Source: Candidatus Bathyarchaeia archaeon
Lineage (GTDB): Bacteria > Patescibacteriota > Microgenomatia > PFEM01 > JAFGMK01
Reading direction: 5' to 3'
Assembly (NCBI GenBank): GCA_035529595.1
Contig: DATKWK010000035.1
Location: 177,067 to 241,066 of the forward strand
Length of the DNA stretch: 64,000 nucleotides
The position numbers and the translations under genes are program-made. Every line of letters begins with the position of its first letter. Position 1 is the stretch's first letter. This document shows, in pieces, positions 30,567-40,596 of this stretch. A model generated the notes under the pieces. The model was not told the origin of the DNA, did no database searches, and worked only from the letters and a program-made list of their open reading frames with translations.

Positions 30567-31279
30567 GGAGAAAAATATTTCAGTTTCAAAAGAAGTCCGG
30601 CTGCTCTGACACCATCATACCAACTAATCTTTTTCCCTTTATCAAATGAACGTGCTTGATAATTAATCGGAACTTCGTAAATTGGTATTTTCTTTTTAAG
30701 GATCCGGACAGTGATCTCTGGCTCAAAATCAAACCGGAGCGATTGCCAATTAATACTCTGGATTAATTCTCGCCTGAATAATTTATAGGCGGTCTCCATA
30801 TCGGTTAGCCGGCTTCCAAATAGAACATTAGTTAAGGCGGTCAGGAACAGGTTTCCCAGTCGAAAAAAAGTGCTCATCTCCCGAACTTGCCCGGCAAACC
30901 TTGAACCGTAAACTACTTGAGCACCTTTCCTGTCGGCTACTTCAAGAAGCGTTATTATTTGCTTCGGCTCGTATTCCAGGTCGGCATCCTGAACGATGAC
31001 ATATTTACCCTGTGCAACTGCAACACCGGTTTTTATAGCTGCTCCCTTGCCTTTATTCCGGAGATGGCTGAAAACCCGGAACGGGAACTGAAACGAGAAT
31101 TGTTTCAAAACCCGGCCGGTCCCGTCAGTCGAACCGTCGTTGACAACGATAATCTCTTTTTCCAGCGGAAGACCGGCGACTGCTTCGATAACTTTCTTAA
31201 TCGTCCCCTCTTCGTTAAATACCGGAATTATAACTGAGAGTTTTAATGCCGATGAATTTTTTTTGTTAGCTGCAGCCAT
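30563..31279 (-). CDS. GT2, polyprenol-phosphate sugar synthase (DPM1-like)
   Basis: PVFNEE, NDGSTDGT, GKGAA, QDADLEY, YGSRF, TDMETAYK, FEPEIT. Confidence 0.88.
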   Translation of the reverse strand: MAAANKKNSSALKLSVIIPVFNEEGTIKKVIEAVAGLPLEKEIIVVNDGSTDGTGRVLKQFSFQFPFRVFSHLRNKGKGAAIKTGVAVAQGKYVIVQDADLEYEPKQIITLLEVADRKGAQVVYGSRFAGQVREMSTFFRLGNLFLTALTNVLFGSRLTDMETAYKLFRRELIQSINWQSLRFDFEPEITVRILKKKIPIYEVPINYQARSFDKGKKISWYDGVRAAGLLLKLKYFSP

Positions 31280-32157
31280 GTTTTTTTGAAAATATTTTTT
31301 TCCGCTTCAATTCGACCCGAGAGAAACCAAAAACGGATTTCTTTGATTTTATCCTTAATCTCCTGATCCAACGCCGTCAGCAAAGAAGCAGTTTCCATCT
31401 CCGACGCCTTTTCTTTTTCCCAAATCTTGGCGTAAATTACCATTTCTTTAAAAGCCTGGAAAAGTGCTAAAATTAAACCTAGAACTCCATCTTGGAAGCC
31501 TTTTTCGGCAAAAAATCTTCTTAAAAATTCGTCAATCGGTTTTTTAATCAAATCGCTTAAGACGAACCGGTAACCGGCTTCTTGCAACTGGTTGGCTTCC
31601 AAGCTGGTGTAAAGATCAAATTTCAGCGGGCTTAAAAAATGGGAAACAGTCTCGTAATTATGATGGATTAAAGGATTTTTTAGAAAGCCGACTTGACCCT
31701 TAACCTGAACTTGCTCGTGAACTTTCTCTTGATAACGTGCCTGGTGGGTTTTAAATAAATGAAGTTGATAGTCAGGGTACCAGCCGCTATGCTTTACCCA
31801 ACGGCCGAAAATTAAGTTTTTTCGCGGAATTTGGAATCCGTCAAGATCTGTTTCCCTGATCGCCTCTTTGATTTCTTTAGCCAAGGCGGAGGAAACCTCC
31901 TCATCGGCATCAACCATTAAAACCCAATTACTTGCCACTTGCTTGAGGGCAAAATTACGCTGGGTAGCAAAATCATCAAGCGTTCTTCGCAGTATTCGAG
32001 CACCGGATTTTTCAGCAATTTTAACCGTCCCATCCGTTGAGTTATCATCAACCAGCAAAATCTTATCCGCAAATCGGAGGGATTTCAAACACCGGGGCAG
32101 GTTTTTTTCTTCGTTTTTGGTTATCACCACTGCCGTCAGATTCGCTATCTCAGTCAT
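31243..32157 (-). CDS. GT2, WaaE/KdtX-like
   Basis: TKNEE, DDNSTD, VDADEEVS, GWYPDYQ, VHE. Confidence 0.85.
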   Translation of the reverse strand: MTEIANLTAVVITKNEEKNLPRCLKSLRFADKILLVDDNSTDGTVKIAEKSGARILRRTLDDFATQRNFALKQVASNWVLMVDADEEVSSALAKEIKEAIRETDLDGFQIPRKNLIFGRWVKHSGWYPDYQLHLFKTHQARYQEKVHEQVQVKGQVGFLKNPLIHHNYETVSHFLSPLKFDLYTSLEANQLQEAGYRFVLSDLIKKPIDEFLRRFFAEKGFQDGVLGLILALFQAFKEMVIYAKIWEKEKASEMETASLLTALDQEIKDKIKEIRFWFLSGRIEAEKNIFKKTWLQLTKKIHRH

Positions 32158-32189
32158 TTTTACATTTTAACATTTATTTTCCCTTTGGG

Positions 32190-34151
32190 TTAAATTATTT
32201 TATATACTTTAACTCTGTCATTTGAATAGAACAATTCTAACTTATTTCCTAGATCAGCCTGCCAAGACTGGTCATCAACCAGGTAAATATATTTAATATG
32301 GCTTTCTTTCAAAAATTCATTAGCCAAAGAAGCGTCTGTGGTCATAAAAAAATTTTTCACCTTTGCCAATCTTTCTTCAAGCCCATAGTCCTGAATCAGG
32401 GCAGCAGTTTGATCCTCAAGATAAACCCGCCGGTTGGTGAAAAAAGAAACATAGGCAGCATTATAGTAAGATAACGGTACCGGAGCTGAAAAATGACTTT
32501 CTGACCCTGAGGCATAGGGGTAGGCCAAAATGACTTCACTCCTGCCGGAATTGTTTTCGACAAAACTCAAAGCGTCTTTTTCGCTTCGATCCAAAAGAGC
32601 AGTCGGAGTTTTTCCCCAGTGCCAACTGATTGTTTTCAGGCTGCCGGGAAGGGAAAAAAGAAGCAAAACTGAAACCATCACCGCTTTTAAGCTAACCGGT
32701 CTAATTTTTTTGATCAACCCATCAACGGTAAATGCTGTAAAAAATCCTGTTATAAAAATGGCGTAGTAGAAAAATTGAATCGTATTCCAGGGAAGATATT
32801 CTTGAATTAAAAATAGCGGCGGCAGCAAACCGGCCGCTAGAAGAATAACCAGCAGCAGGTCGATGATTTTTGGCCGAATCAATTTTTTAAATACTTCGAT
32901 TAAACCTAAACTCCTGACGCCCAAATTACCAATAATAAAGCAGGCCAAAGCAACTCCGTCGATAAGTAAGACGCCAAGCCGATTGCGGTAAAAAACATAA
33001 ACTTGACGCCTGAGTTCCCAGGAGACCCAATTCATCCGATCGCCTGCCTGGATCATAACCCTGACAAACCAAAAAGGCTGCCATTTCACCAAAGCGGTCG
33101 AGGTTTTATTCGAAGGAAGATAGACCACCAGTGCGGTAACCAGAGAAAATAAAGCGACTTTTAATAGATTAGTTTGCTTACTACTAACTTGCTGCCAAAG
33201 ACCAATAGCTAAAAGGGCCACCAAAACAATCAAACCACCGTAAACCTTAAATTCGATGATTGAGCCAAAAACCAGGGCTAAAATAGTTAAGCGTTTCAGA
33301 TTCCATTTCTTTTCCGCTTCAAATGACCAAAGAAGAAACAACCCCAGTACCAGAATGAGCAGGGAAAGATAAAAAGGCGGATTTTGCAGGCTGGTCGCCG
33401 GCTGCATTGCCCAAAAAGCAGTCTCCCAATTATCAGATCCGATACCGAAAAAAGGCAATAAAAAACCAAAACTTGAAGCAAAAGCGTTAAAGAAAACCGC
33501 CCAGCAGCCGACGGATTTCCTGCCCGACCAACGGCTGGCAAATATGTAAACCAGACTATTAAGTAAAAAGGCCAAAAATATAGGCAGATAACGGAAATAA
33601 AGATTAAGGATCGGAATCTTAGTCAGGCGGTAGGTTTCGGCCGCAAAAAGATCAAAAAAATAATGATAGTTTTTTAAAGTTTCTCCGGCAAAACCGGGAT
33701 TCTGACCGGGAAAATCCTGCGCCAGTTCCTGAATCAGAGTTGCGTGCCAAAGGCCATCATGACCGTGCACCCCCCAGAAGGCAATTCCTCCCTGATAATT
33801 GGTGCCGCTTTTAATCATCACCAAGCTTTGAAAAATGGAGCCGCCAAGAATAAGCAGAATAATTAGCCAATCAGTACTTGCGGGTTTTCTAAGAATCGGT
33901 TGCCATTTCCGCCGGAGGAAACAGAAACCGGCAAAAAATAAAAGCGGCCAAAGAAGAAAATTCAAATGGAGCCACCTCAAAACGAATGAAGCAAGAGTCA
34001 AAATAACTATACCCAAACTAAGAGCAACAACTGGCCTCTCAAATTCAGTCAATTTTACTTTTAGCCAACTTAAAACCAGTTCTCCCGGAGCAAATAGCAA
34101 AAAAAAGAAAAAGGAAAGGAATTTTACAATCGCCAAAAATTGACTTATCAT
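32190..34151 (-). CDS. Multi-TM membrane protein, probable GT-C fold
   Basis: About 14 TMs, loop motif GHDGLWH...NYHYFFD, C-terminal soluble domain (IKYIYL). Confidence 0.6.
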   Translation of the reverse strand: MISQFLAIVKFLSFFFFLLFAPGELVLSWLKVKLTEFERPVVALSLGIVILTLASFVLRWLHLNFLLWPLLFFAGFCFLRRKWQPILRKPASTDWLIILLILGGSIFQSLVMIKSGTNYQGGIAFWGVHGHDGLWHATLIQELAQDFPGQNPGFAGETLKNYHYFFDLFAAETYRLTKIPILNLYFRYLPIFLAFLLNSLVYIFASRWSGRKSVGCWAVFFNAFASSFGFLLPFFGIGSDNWETAFWAMQPATSLQNPPFYLSLLILVLGLFLLWSFEAEKKWNLKRLTILALVFGSIIEFKVYGGLIVLVALLAIGLWQQVSSKQTNLLKVALFSLVTALVVYLPSNKTSTALVKWQPFWFVRVMIQAGDRMNWVSWELRRQVYVFYRNRLGVLLIDGVALACFIIGNLGVRSLGLIEVFKKLIRPKIIDLLLVILLAAGLLPPLFLIQEYLPWNTIQFFYYAIFITGFFTAFTVDGLIKKIRPVSLKAVMVSVLLLFSLPGSLKTISWHWGKTPTALLDRSEKDALSFVENNSGRSEVILAYPYASGSESHFSAPVPLSYYNAAYVSFFTNRRVYLEDQTAALIQDYGLEERLAKVKNFFMTTDASLANEFLKESHIKYIYLVDDQSWQADLGNKLELFYSNDRVKVYKII

Positions 34152-34208
34152 TTACCTTAAGCTTGAAAAACCGTTAATACCGATTCTACCACAATCCAGT
34201 TCCGCTTT

Positions 34209-34238
34209 TTGCATTCCGAAGAAAATTCAGGGTATAAT
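34209..34238 (+). promoter_or_regulatory. Sigma70-type promoter TTGCAT-18-TATAAT
   Basis: TTGCAT 34209-34214, TATAAT 34233-34238, ATG 9 nt later. Confidence 0.55.
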
Positions 34239-34247
34239 TTGGCCATC

Positions 34248-36284
34248 ATGCAAAGCTCTTTTTCCATCCTTGTCAAAACGCTGCTTTATCTGCTGGTTTT
34301 TTTATTGCTTTCCGTTTTTACCTTTTACATCCCGGGCTGCCTGCTGATTGAGAAAATCAAGAAAAAATTACGCAGCGACGAAAAAATTACTCTGTCTTAC
34401 AGTATCGGTATCGTGCTTTTTTTGATCCTGGCCTGTGTCGCCGGTTTAGCAAAACTTAGATTTCTTTCACCCTTAATTCTGGTTCTGATAAACCTTTACG
34501 CTTTGAAAAAGTCAGGCCGGCGGTTTCTTTCTCCCTTCAGGCAAATCAGCAAAGAAAAATTTCTGATTCTTTTACTGCTTTTTTGCACCCTGGTGGAAGG
34601 TTTTATCAATTTTCCCAGCGGTTTCACCTACCCGAGCGGCCATCTTTATTGGAGTTCACAGGGGCATGACGGCTTATGGCACGTCGCGGTGATCGAGGCG
34701 ATAAAAAAACAATTTCCCCCGAATAATCCTCTTTATTCAGGCGGAAAACTTTACAATTATCACTATTTTACCGATGTAATTATGGCCGAGTTTGGACGGA
34801 TCTTTCCTTTTTTCTCGACCCTTGACCTGTATTTTCGGTTTTTTTCCTTCCTGATTTCGTTTTTAATTGGACTTTCGGCTTATTCCCTCCTAGTAACCTG
34901 GAAAAAAAGCAGGTCAATCGGCCTCATCGGCATCTTTTTTACCTACCTGGTAGGCAGTTTTGGCTATCTGGTGCTTCTGATTCAAAAAAGAGGCTTTTTT
35001 GGTGGTGAAACGATTTTTTGGGCCGCCCAAAGCAATACGATCATCGGTAATCCACCTCATGCTTTTTGTTATTTTTTACTGCCGGCTTTTTTCTTGGTTT
35101 TTCATTACTTTCTGGAAAAGAAAAGCGATTTTTTCTCTTTGCTGGCTTGTTTCCTGCTTGGTGGTTTCTTGGTCGGCTTTAAAGTCTCAGCTGCCTTTAT
35201 CCTCCTGACCGGTTTGGGCTTAACTGCAGTCTGGTTTTTTCTGACCCGAAAAAACAAAAAAATCATACTGCTGACACTTTTACTGGGCTTCTCAAACCTG
35301 CTTATTTTTAAACTAATCACTAAAAAAGGCGAGCTGTTTTTATTATTTTTACCCTGGTGGTTTATCCGGACAATGATCGTTGTCCCCGACCGGGTTAACT
35401 GGATCGATCTGGAACTAAGACGCCAGTTCTATCTGGACAGAGGCGGCTGGCGTTCGGTTCTGCGCATCATCCAATTTGAAACCACCGCTTTTCTAATTTA
35501 TCTTTTCGGAAATTTGGGAATGCGTTTTATCGGCTTCTTGGAAATAACCAGGGCCTTTTTAAAGAAAAGTATTTTCAAAAACCCCCTGGAAAGCAGCTTG
35601 TTTTTGACGATGTTAACCGGTTTTATCATGCCGATCTTTTTCGTTCAGAGAGGAGTCGCCTATAATTTAATTCAATTCATGCAATATTTCCTTCTTTTTT
35701 TCGGATTTTGGGCGGCTGCCAGTTTTCATTCAGTCCTATCTCTCTTCAAAAACAAGGCCATCAAGGTAGTCCTTTGGGGAATTCTAATTTCTCTTTCTGT
35801 ACCGACCGTGATCGGCAACCTGAAAGAATTCTACGGGAAAAACGCTTTGGCCAGAGTTTCCAACCAGGAAATTGAAGCTCTGAAATATATGCAGAAAAAC
35901 AGCACTGATCAGGATATTATTCTTACCTATCCCTTCAATCCCTACAGCCACGGGCAGTATCCACATCAACCCTGGCCGATTTACGCTTGGGAATCAACCG
36001 CTTACGTCAGCGCCTATACCGGCCGGCAGACCTATTGCACGAATGACGGCCAACTGCGGATATTGGCCATCGATCCGGAACCGAAACTGGAAATGATGAA
36101 AGCTTTTTTCAGCGAGAAAACAACTCTGGAGACCAAACAAGACTTTTTACAAAAAGAAAAAATCACTTATTTGTACCTAAGAAACGAAGAACTGACAGCT
36201 GATCTTGAAAAAACGTTGTCCCGGTTAAATCTTAAGCAAGTTTTTAAAAACGACGACGCCGTCATTTTTCACTTCGGGAGCTGA
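34248..36284 (+). CDS. Multi-TM membrane protein, probable GT-C fold; paralog of 32190-34151
   Basis: GHDGLWH...NYHYFTD, DRVNWIDLELRRQ, GNLGMR, AYVS. Likely start MQSS at 34248. Confidence 0.6.
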   Translation: MQSSFSILVKTLLYLLVFLLLSVFTFYIPGCLLIEKIKKKLRSDEKITLSYSIGIVLFLILACVAGLAKLRFLSPLILVLINLYALKKSGRRFLSPFRQISKEKFLILLLLFCTLVEGFINFPSGFTYPSGHLYWSSQGHDGLWHVAVIEAIKKQFPPNNPLYSGGKLYNYHYFTDVIMAEFGRIFPFFSTLDLYFRFFSFLISFLIGLSAYSLLVTWKKSRSIGLIGIFFTYLVGSFGYLVLLIQKRGFFGGETIFWAAQSNTIIGNPPHAFCYFLLPAFFLVFHYFLEKKSDFFSLLACFLLGGFLVGFKVSAAFILLTGLGLTAVWFFLTRKNKKIILLTLLLGFSNLLIFKLITKKGELFLLFLPWWFIRTMIVVPDRVNWIDLELRRQFYLDRGGWRSVLRIIQFETTAFLIYLFGNLGMRFIGFLEITRAFLKKSIFKNPLESSLFLTMLTGFIMPIFFVQRGVAYNLIQFMQYFLLFFGFWAAASFHSVLSLFKNKAIKVVLWGILISLSVPTVIGNLKEFYGKNALARVSNQEIEALKYMQKNSTDQDIILTYPFNPYSHGQYPHQPWPIYAWESTAYVSAYTGRQTYCTNDGQLRILAIDPEPKLEMMKAFFSEKTTLETKQDFLQKEKITYLYLRNEELTADLEKTLSRLNLKQVFKNDDAVIFHFGS

Positions 36285-37755
36285 ATGAGTCTTTTAACAA
36301 CAAAACTCCCCTAAGTAAATTTTCCCGGGCGATCAAAAAAAGAGTCAGTGAATAAACCAAACCGCCACTGGCAATCAAGAAAAAGATAATCGGCCAACCG
36401 ATAAAACTCAGCCTATCGGTAACTACCCAAAGATAAGCACCCATCAGCAGACTTGAAAGCAGGGGTGGCCAGACAGTTTTTAAGACATTAATCTTAAAGT
36501 CTTTATAAACCAGATAAAAAACTATCAGTGAAGAAACCGGTATTAAACCTAAAGCCCAAGCAGCGCCAATAAAGCCGAATTTCACGGCCAACAGAGGAGT
36601 TAACACCCAAGTCAAAACAGTCCAGAGAATCATTAATTTAAATGTGATTTTGATCTTTCCGACCGCATTATAAACATTTGTTAAAGGAGTAGTGATCGCT
36701 CCCCAGGCAGCGTTAAAACAAAAAAGGCACAGGGGCAACAAAGCCGTTTCCCACTTCTGGTACTTGGGAATAATTCTCACCAGCGGGCCAGCCATTAAAG
36801 CCAGTCCCGTTAAAAGAGGAAAAGCCAAAACCGCAACGGAAAAAAGAGAAAACTCAAGCGCTTTTTTCAGACGGGTTTGATCTTGCTGCAGGCGGGAAAA
36901 GGCGGGAAAGGTTACTTTCATTACCGGATCCATCGCAAACCGCAGCGGCATTTGGGCCCATTTTTGCGCCCAACCTAAGATTCCCACACCGCTGACGCCG
37001 ATAATTCTCCACAAAAAAACATTCATCAAGCGATCTTTGATCACAGCCAGCAGCGTATTTGCTTGAAAAGGCAGGCCGAATTTTAGAAGCCGTTTGAGGC
37101 TTCGCAACTGGAAGGAAAAACCTATCGGCCAAGGAGAAATAAGATAAATCATCACCACGCCTGCCAAACCCCGGCATAAGACTGCCCAAGCATAACTGAT
37201 GACCCCGAATCCCCGCCAGGCTAAAAAAACAGACAGACCGTAAAAGATTAGCGTTTCTACCACTTCAATTAAAACTAAAAGATCAAAACGCAGCCTTCGC
37301 TCAAGCATTACCGAAGGAATAGTTTTCAAAGAAGCCAGAAAAAAGCCAGCCAAAAAGGCGCGCAGCAACCAGAGGCCGGCCGGACCGATTTGATAGAAAC
37401 GGGCAATCACGGGAGTCAAAATAAAAAAAGTGCCCACTGAAAGCAAGACAATTATTTCCTGGATGGTAAAAGTGCTTCTAATTTCTCTCTCGTCCGGTTT
37501 TTCTTTCTTCTGAATCAGAGCGGCTGCCAGGCCAATATCGGAAAAATATCCCAAAATTGCCACCAACTCAGAGACAGCAAAAAAAAGGCCGATTTCAGCC
37601 TGATTTAAAAAAACTGAGAGCAAAAAGAAGCCGAAGAAAGAAACGATCTGAAGTAAAAAAGTTCGGCCGGTTAAAGCCGCCATTCCCTTAACAGCCCGTT
37701 TTTTAGTCGCCTGAAAGCCGATTTCTTCTTGAATATGTTGGCGCGAATCAACCAT
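36262..37755 (-). CDS. Wzx/WzxC-like flippase
   Basis: FSDIGLAAALIQ, LERRLRF, LLKFGLPFQ, VTFPAFSRLQ. Confidence 0.85.
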   Translation of the reverse strand: MVDSRQHIQEEIGFQATKKRAVKGMAALTGRTFLLQIVSFFGFFLLSVFLNQAEIGLFFAVSELVAILGYFSDIGLAAALIQKKEKPDEREIRSTFTIQEIIVLLSVGTFFILTPVIARFYQIGPAGLWLLRAFLAGFFLASLKTIPSVMLERRLRFDLLVLIEVVETLIFYGLSVFLAWRGFGVISYAWAVLCRGLAGVVMIYLISPWPIGFSFQLRSLKRLLKFGLPFQANTLLAVIKDRLMNVFLWRIIGVSGVGILGWAQKWAQMPLRFAMDPVMKVTFPAFSRLQQDQTRLKKALEFSLFSVAVLAFPLLTGLALMAGPLVRIIPKYQKWETALLPLCLFCFNAAWGAITTPLTNVYNAVGKIKITFKLMILWTVLTWVLTPLLAVKFGFIGAAWALGLIPVSSLIVFYLVYKDFKINVLKTVWPPLLSSLLMGAYLWVVTDRLSFIGWPIIFFLIASGGLVYSLTLFLIARENLLRGVLLLKDSFSSRSEK

Positions 37756-37771
37756 AAACCAATTAAAAAAA

Positions 37772-39472
37772 CTAAGGGCGCGAATTAGGTTTTTTCATGA
37801 TAATCAACAAACAAAAGATCACCCAAGAAACCAGAGACAGCCAGTTACCGAATGTTCGAATGGGCGTGTTTAAGAGCCGCGCCTCAACCGCGTAGCTACC
37901 TTTGGCAACTTCAAACGTCGGTAAACCCAAAAAGTTATTCGTATCGGTTGCCGATATCCTGCCGTCAACGTAAACGGTCCAGTTAGGAAAATAATAGACC
38001 GGTAATCTTACTTTAGCCCGATCACTGTTAATCGCAAGTTTAAATTTTAACCAGTTTGTTCCTTGCCGGTAATCATCAACCTCTCCCCCGCCTTCTGAGA
38101 ACCAAGCCATTTTCGGAGCCGGCTCACCCGGCGGATAGCTGGCTGATTTCGGTAAATAATCAAAGATCCCGGAAGTCACCTGCTCTCTCCACTCTACCGA
38201 ATCAGAAAACTTTTGTTCATCGGTCAGACGATCATACCAAACCTCCGGTTTAAAATAGCCAATGTTGAGATAAATCACGCTCGCAACCAACAAAGAGACT
38301 ATTAATAAAACCACCGGCTGCTTTTTTAACCAACGGTTAAGAATATACACCAGGCCGCCTATTAGTAAAGAGAAGGAAAAAATCGTCAGCGTCAAAAACC
38401 GCCACGGGAATTGAAGATATTCCAGGGGCTTTAATACCTTCCAAAAAAAAGTCGAGCGCGAATGAGTAAAAAATGCTGACCCTAAACCGACCACAAAAAT
38501 AAAAAAAACTTCCCAAATTTTTTTCTTACTTCTTCTTAAAAAAAAGCCAGTCAAGAGAGCCACCAGAAAGGACAGTCCCCAATGCAAAATCCCGATCTGG
38601 AAACTGATCTTTTCATCCGTTCCATAAACTGACGCCCCCCATCCCCACGAACGGTCCCAGAAAAGCTGTTTGAGCGAGACGAAATGCGCCAGATAATTAA
38701 AATAGCCCATTAGCATTGTTTCCACATGAACTAATTTTTTCTCAAAAATAACCGGCAGGGAGAAAAAAGCAGCCAAACCAAAAGCCAAAATTGAAGGCCC
38801 GATAAATTGAAAAATCTTACCGATTCGTTTATTCAAGTAAAGGCATAACAATAACCAAACGAAAGCTACCGGCGTAAAAATCATCACCATTACATTGTGG
38901 GTCAGCAACAATAAAGCATAAAAAAGAGAGAAATATAAAAGATATTTTTTCTGCCGGCTTTTCGCATACTGATAAATTGCCCAAAAAATGCCGGGGAACC
39001 AGGCCAGTGACCAAAATTCGTTCATCGCTCCCCGGGCATAAATGTCCAAAGAATGATAGGGGGCATAAGTATAAAAAAGACTTGACAAAAAACCGCCCCA
39101 AATTCCCCAAAGAACCTCGCCTAAAAGAAACATGGTAAGAGCAGCCACCAGAAAGCCCATAACGAAAGTAATTTTAACGCTATCAAGAATCGAAAAACCA
39201 AGCAAATGAATAACTTCCGCCAAATAATACGGAAACGGGGGATAATAATTAAATAAAGGGTAGCCGTAACCGTAACCGGCATCCGGCACCCAGCGGCAAG
39301 GAATCTGGCCATCGCGAAAGCATTTATCCATTTCCAGAACCCGAAAAGCCTGCATATCATCATGCATGGAGAAATAGCCGGGCTTTAAGAGCGTTTGCCA
39401 AGCAAAGAAGGTAAGTAGCAAGCTGGCAATTGGTACAAACAGCTTTATTATTTTACTTTTTCCTTGTCTCAT
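37772..39472 (-). CDS. GT-C-like membrane protein ('PTPS-related' membrane family)
   Basis: HDD, IPCRW...GYGYPLFNYYPP, APYH...YARGA..E, LQFPWRF, YYFPNW. Confidence 0.72.
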   Translation of the reverse strand: MRQGKSKIIKLFVPIASLLLTFFAWQTLLKPGYFSMHDDMQAFRVLEMDKCFRDGQIPCRWVPDAGYGYGYPLFNYYPPFPYYLAEVIHLLGFSILDSVKITFVMGFLVAALTMFLLGEVLWGIWGGFLSSLFYTYAPYHSLDIYARGAMNEFWSLAWFPGIFWAIYQYAKSRQKKYLLYFSLFYALLLLTHNVMVMIFTPVAFVWLLLCLYLNKRIGKIFQFIGPSILAFGLAAFFSLPVIFEKKLVHVETMLMGYFNYLAHFVSLKQLFWDRSWGWGASVYGTDEKISFQIGILHWGLSFLVALLTGFFLRRSKKKIWEVFFIFVVGLGSAFFTHSRSTFFWKVLKPLEYLQFPWRFLTLTIFSFSLLIGGLVYILNRWLKKQPVVLLIVSLLVASVIYLNIGYFKPEVWYDRLTDEQKFSDSVEWREQVTSGIFDYLPKSASYPPGEPAPKMAWFSEGGGEVDDYRQGTNWLKFKLAINSDRAKVRLPVYYFPNWTVYVDGRISATDTNNFLGLPTFEVAKGSYAVEARLLNTPIRTFGNWLSLVSWVIFCLLIIMKKPNSRP

Positions 39473-40596
39473 TTTTGCCTGCCTTTTAAAGACACCTGCC
39501 TGGCAACACCTGCTAAGCTAATATAGAGAGGCGGTAGAATCGGTAAAAGATATCTCGGGTAAGGCACGCCAAAATTATACATCAACAAAAACGAAAATAT
39601 CCAGGTAGTCATGAGCAGAAGCCGATAATCCTGTCTTTTTATGGCCAGAAAACCTGCCAGCAATGAGGCAAAAAAAGATAAGGGCCAAAAAATTTGCCAT
39701 TGGTTAACAAAAACGGTCTTAAAACCTTCCCACCAAGTAAGCCATCTGCCCGAGATTAGAATATTGAATATTTGTCCTTTAGGATAACCGGTTACCTGGA
39801 CGCGGGCAAAATGGCGGATCCAGAAATGCAGATATTTAAAATCGCCAAGGGTTTTACCGGTTAAGAAGTATCGGAGATAGACAGCTAAATAAGTTAAAAA
39901 GAAAAAGGGGAGGAAAAAGAAAAAAGAAAGATATTTCGGTTCTTTCTTTAAAATGGAAATCAGCAGTACCGAAACTGAAATACCGGCCAAAAGCCCGATA
40001 CCGGCCAAATAGACTTTGGTAGTGCTGGCTAAAGCCAAAAAGAACAACGCCGGCAAAAAAAATAGTGTCTTTTTTTCCGCTTGTAATAGACAATAAAAAG
40101 CCAGGCTGATAAACAGGGTAAAAGGCAAATCCAGCATCGACGTCGTTAAATTTTCCCGAAAAAGAGAATCGAAACTCAAAAGTGAAACGGCAATAGCTGA
40201 CCATAAATAATCATCAGTAATTTTTAGGGCAATCAGGAAAATAATAACCAGAATACTTAGACCCAAGATCGGCGACAGAACAAGCGGACTGTTAAAAAGC
40301 AGGGAGGAAAAACCGAGGAGATACTTTCCGGTTGGGGGTTGTTCGGCATTAATTTCGGTCGGATCCATACCCTGAATCTGCCGCCAACCGGCATAAGCAT
40401 AAAGTTCGGCATCGCCCATCTGTTCTTCCGCCGCAAAACCCTTGGCCCACTGGGACTTTTCGTAGCGCTGCTGCCAATAAAACGGGTCAAAGCGTTCGCT
40501 AAAGATTTCTCTGTCTCTTAGTACATAGGCAACAAGGCTAAAAAAACTGCCAAGCAATAAAAACCCGGTAATCAGTTTCTTTTTAGCTGGATTCAT
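39469..40596 (-). CDS. GT-C fold glycosyltransferase (PMT-like)
   Basis: GDAELY, NAEQPPTGKYLLG (resembles PMT HPPLGK), SMLD, PRYLLP. Confidence 0.7.
   Translation of the reverse strand: MNPAKKKLITGFLLLGSFFSLVAYVLRDREIFSERFDPFYWQQRYEKSQWAKGFAAEEQMGDAELYAYAGWRQIQGMDPTEINAEQPPTGKYLLGFSSLLFNSPLVLSPILGLSILVIIFLIALKITDDYLWSAIAVSLLSFDSLFRENLTTSMLDLPFTLFISLAFYCLLQAEKKTLFFLPALFFLALASTTKVYLAGIGLLAGISVSVLLISILKKEPKYLSFFFFLPFFFLTYLAVYLRYFLTGKTLGDFKYLHFWIRHFARVQVTGYPKGQIFNILISGRWLTWWEGFKTVFVNQWQIFWPLSFFASLLAGFLAIKRQDYRLLLMTTWIFSFLLMYNFGVPYPRYLLPILPPLYISLAGVARQVSLKGRQK

Noticed and set aside
23085-36284. Convergent 3' overlaps (23085-23122 and 36262-36284)
   Set aside because: Short overlaps typical of compact genomes, with no further evidence of antisense regulation.
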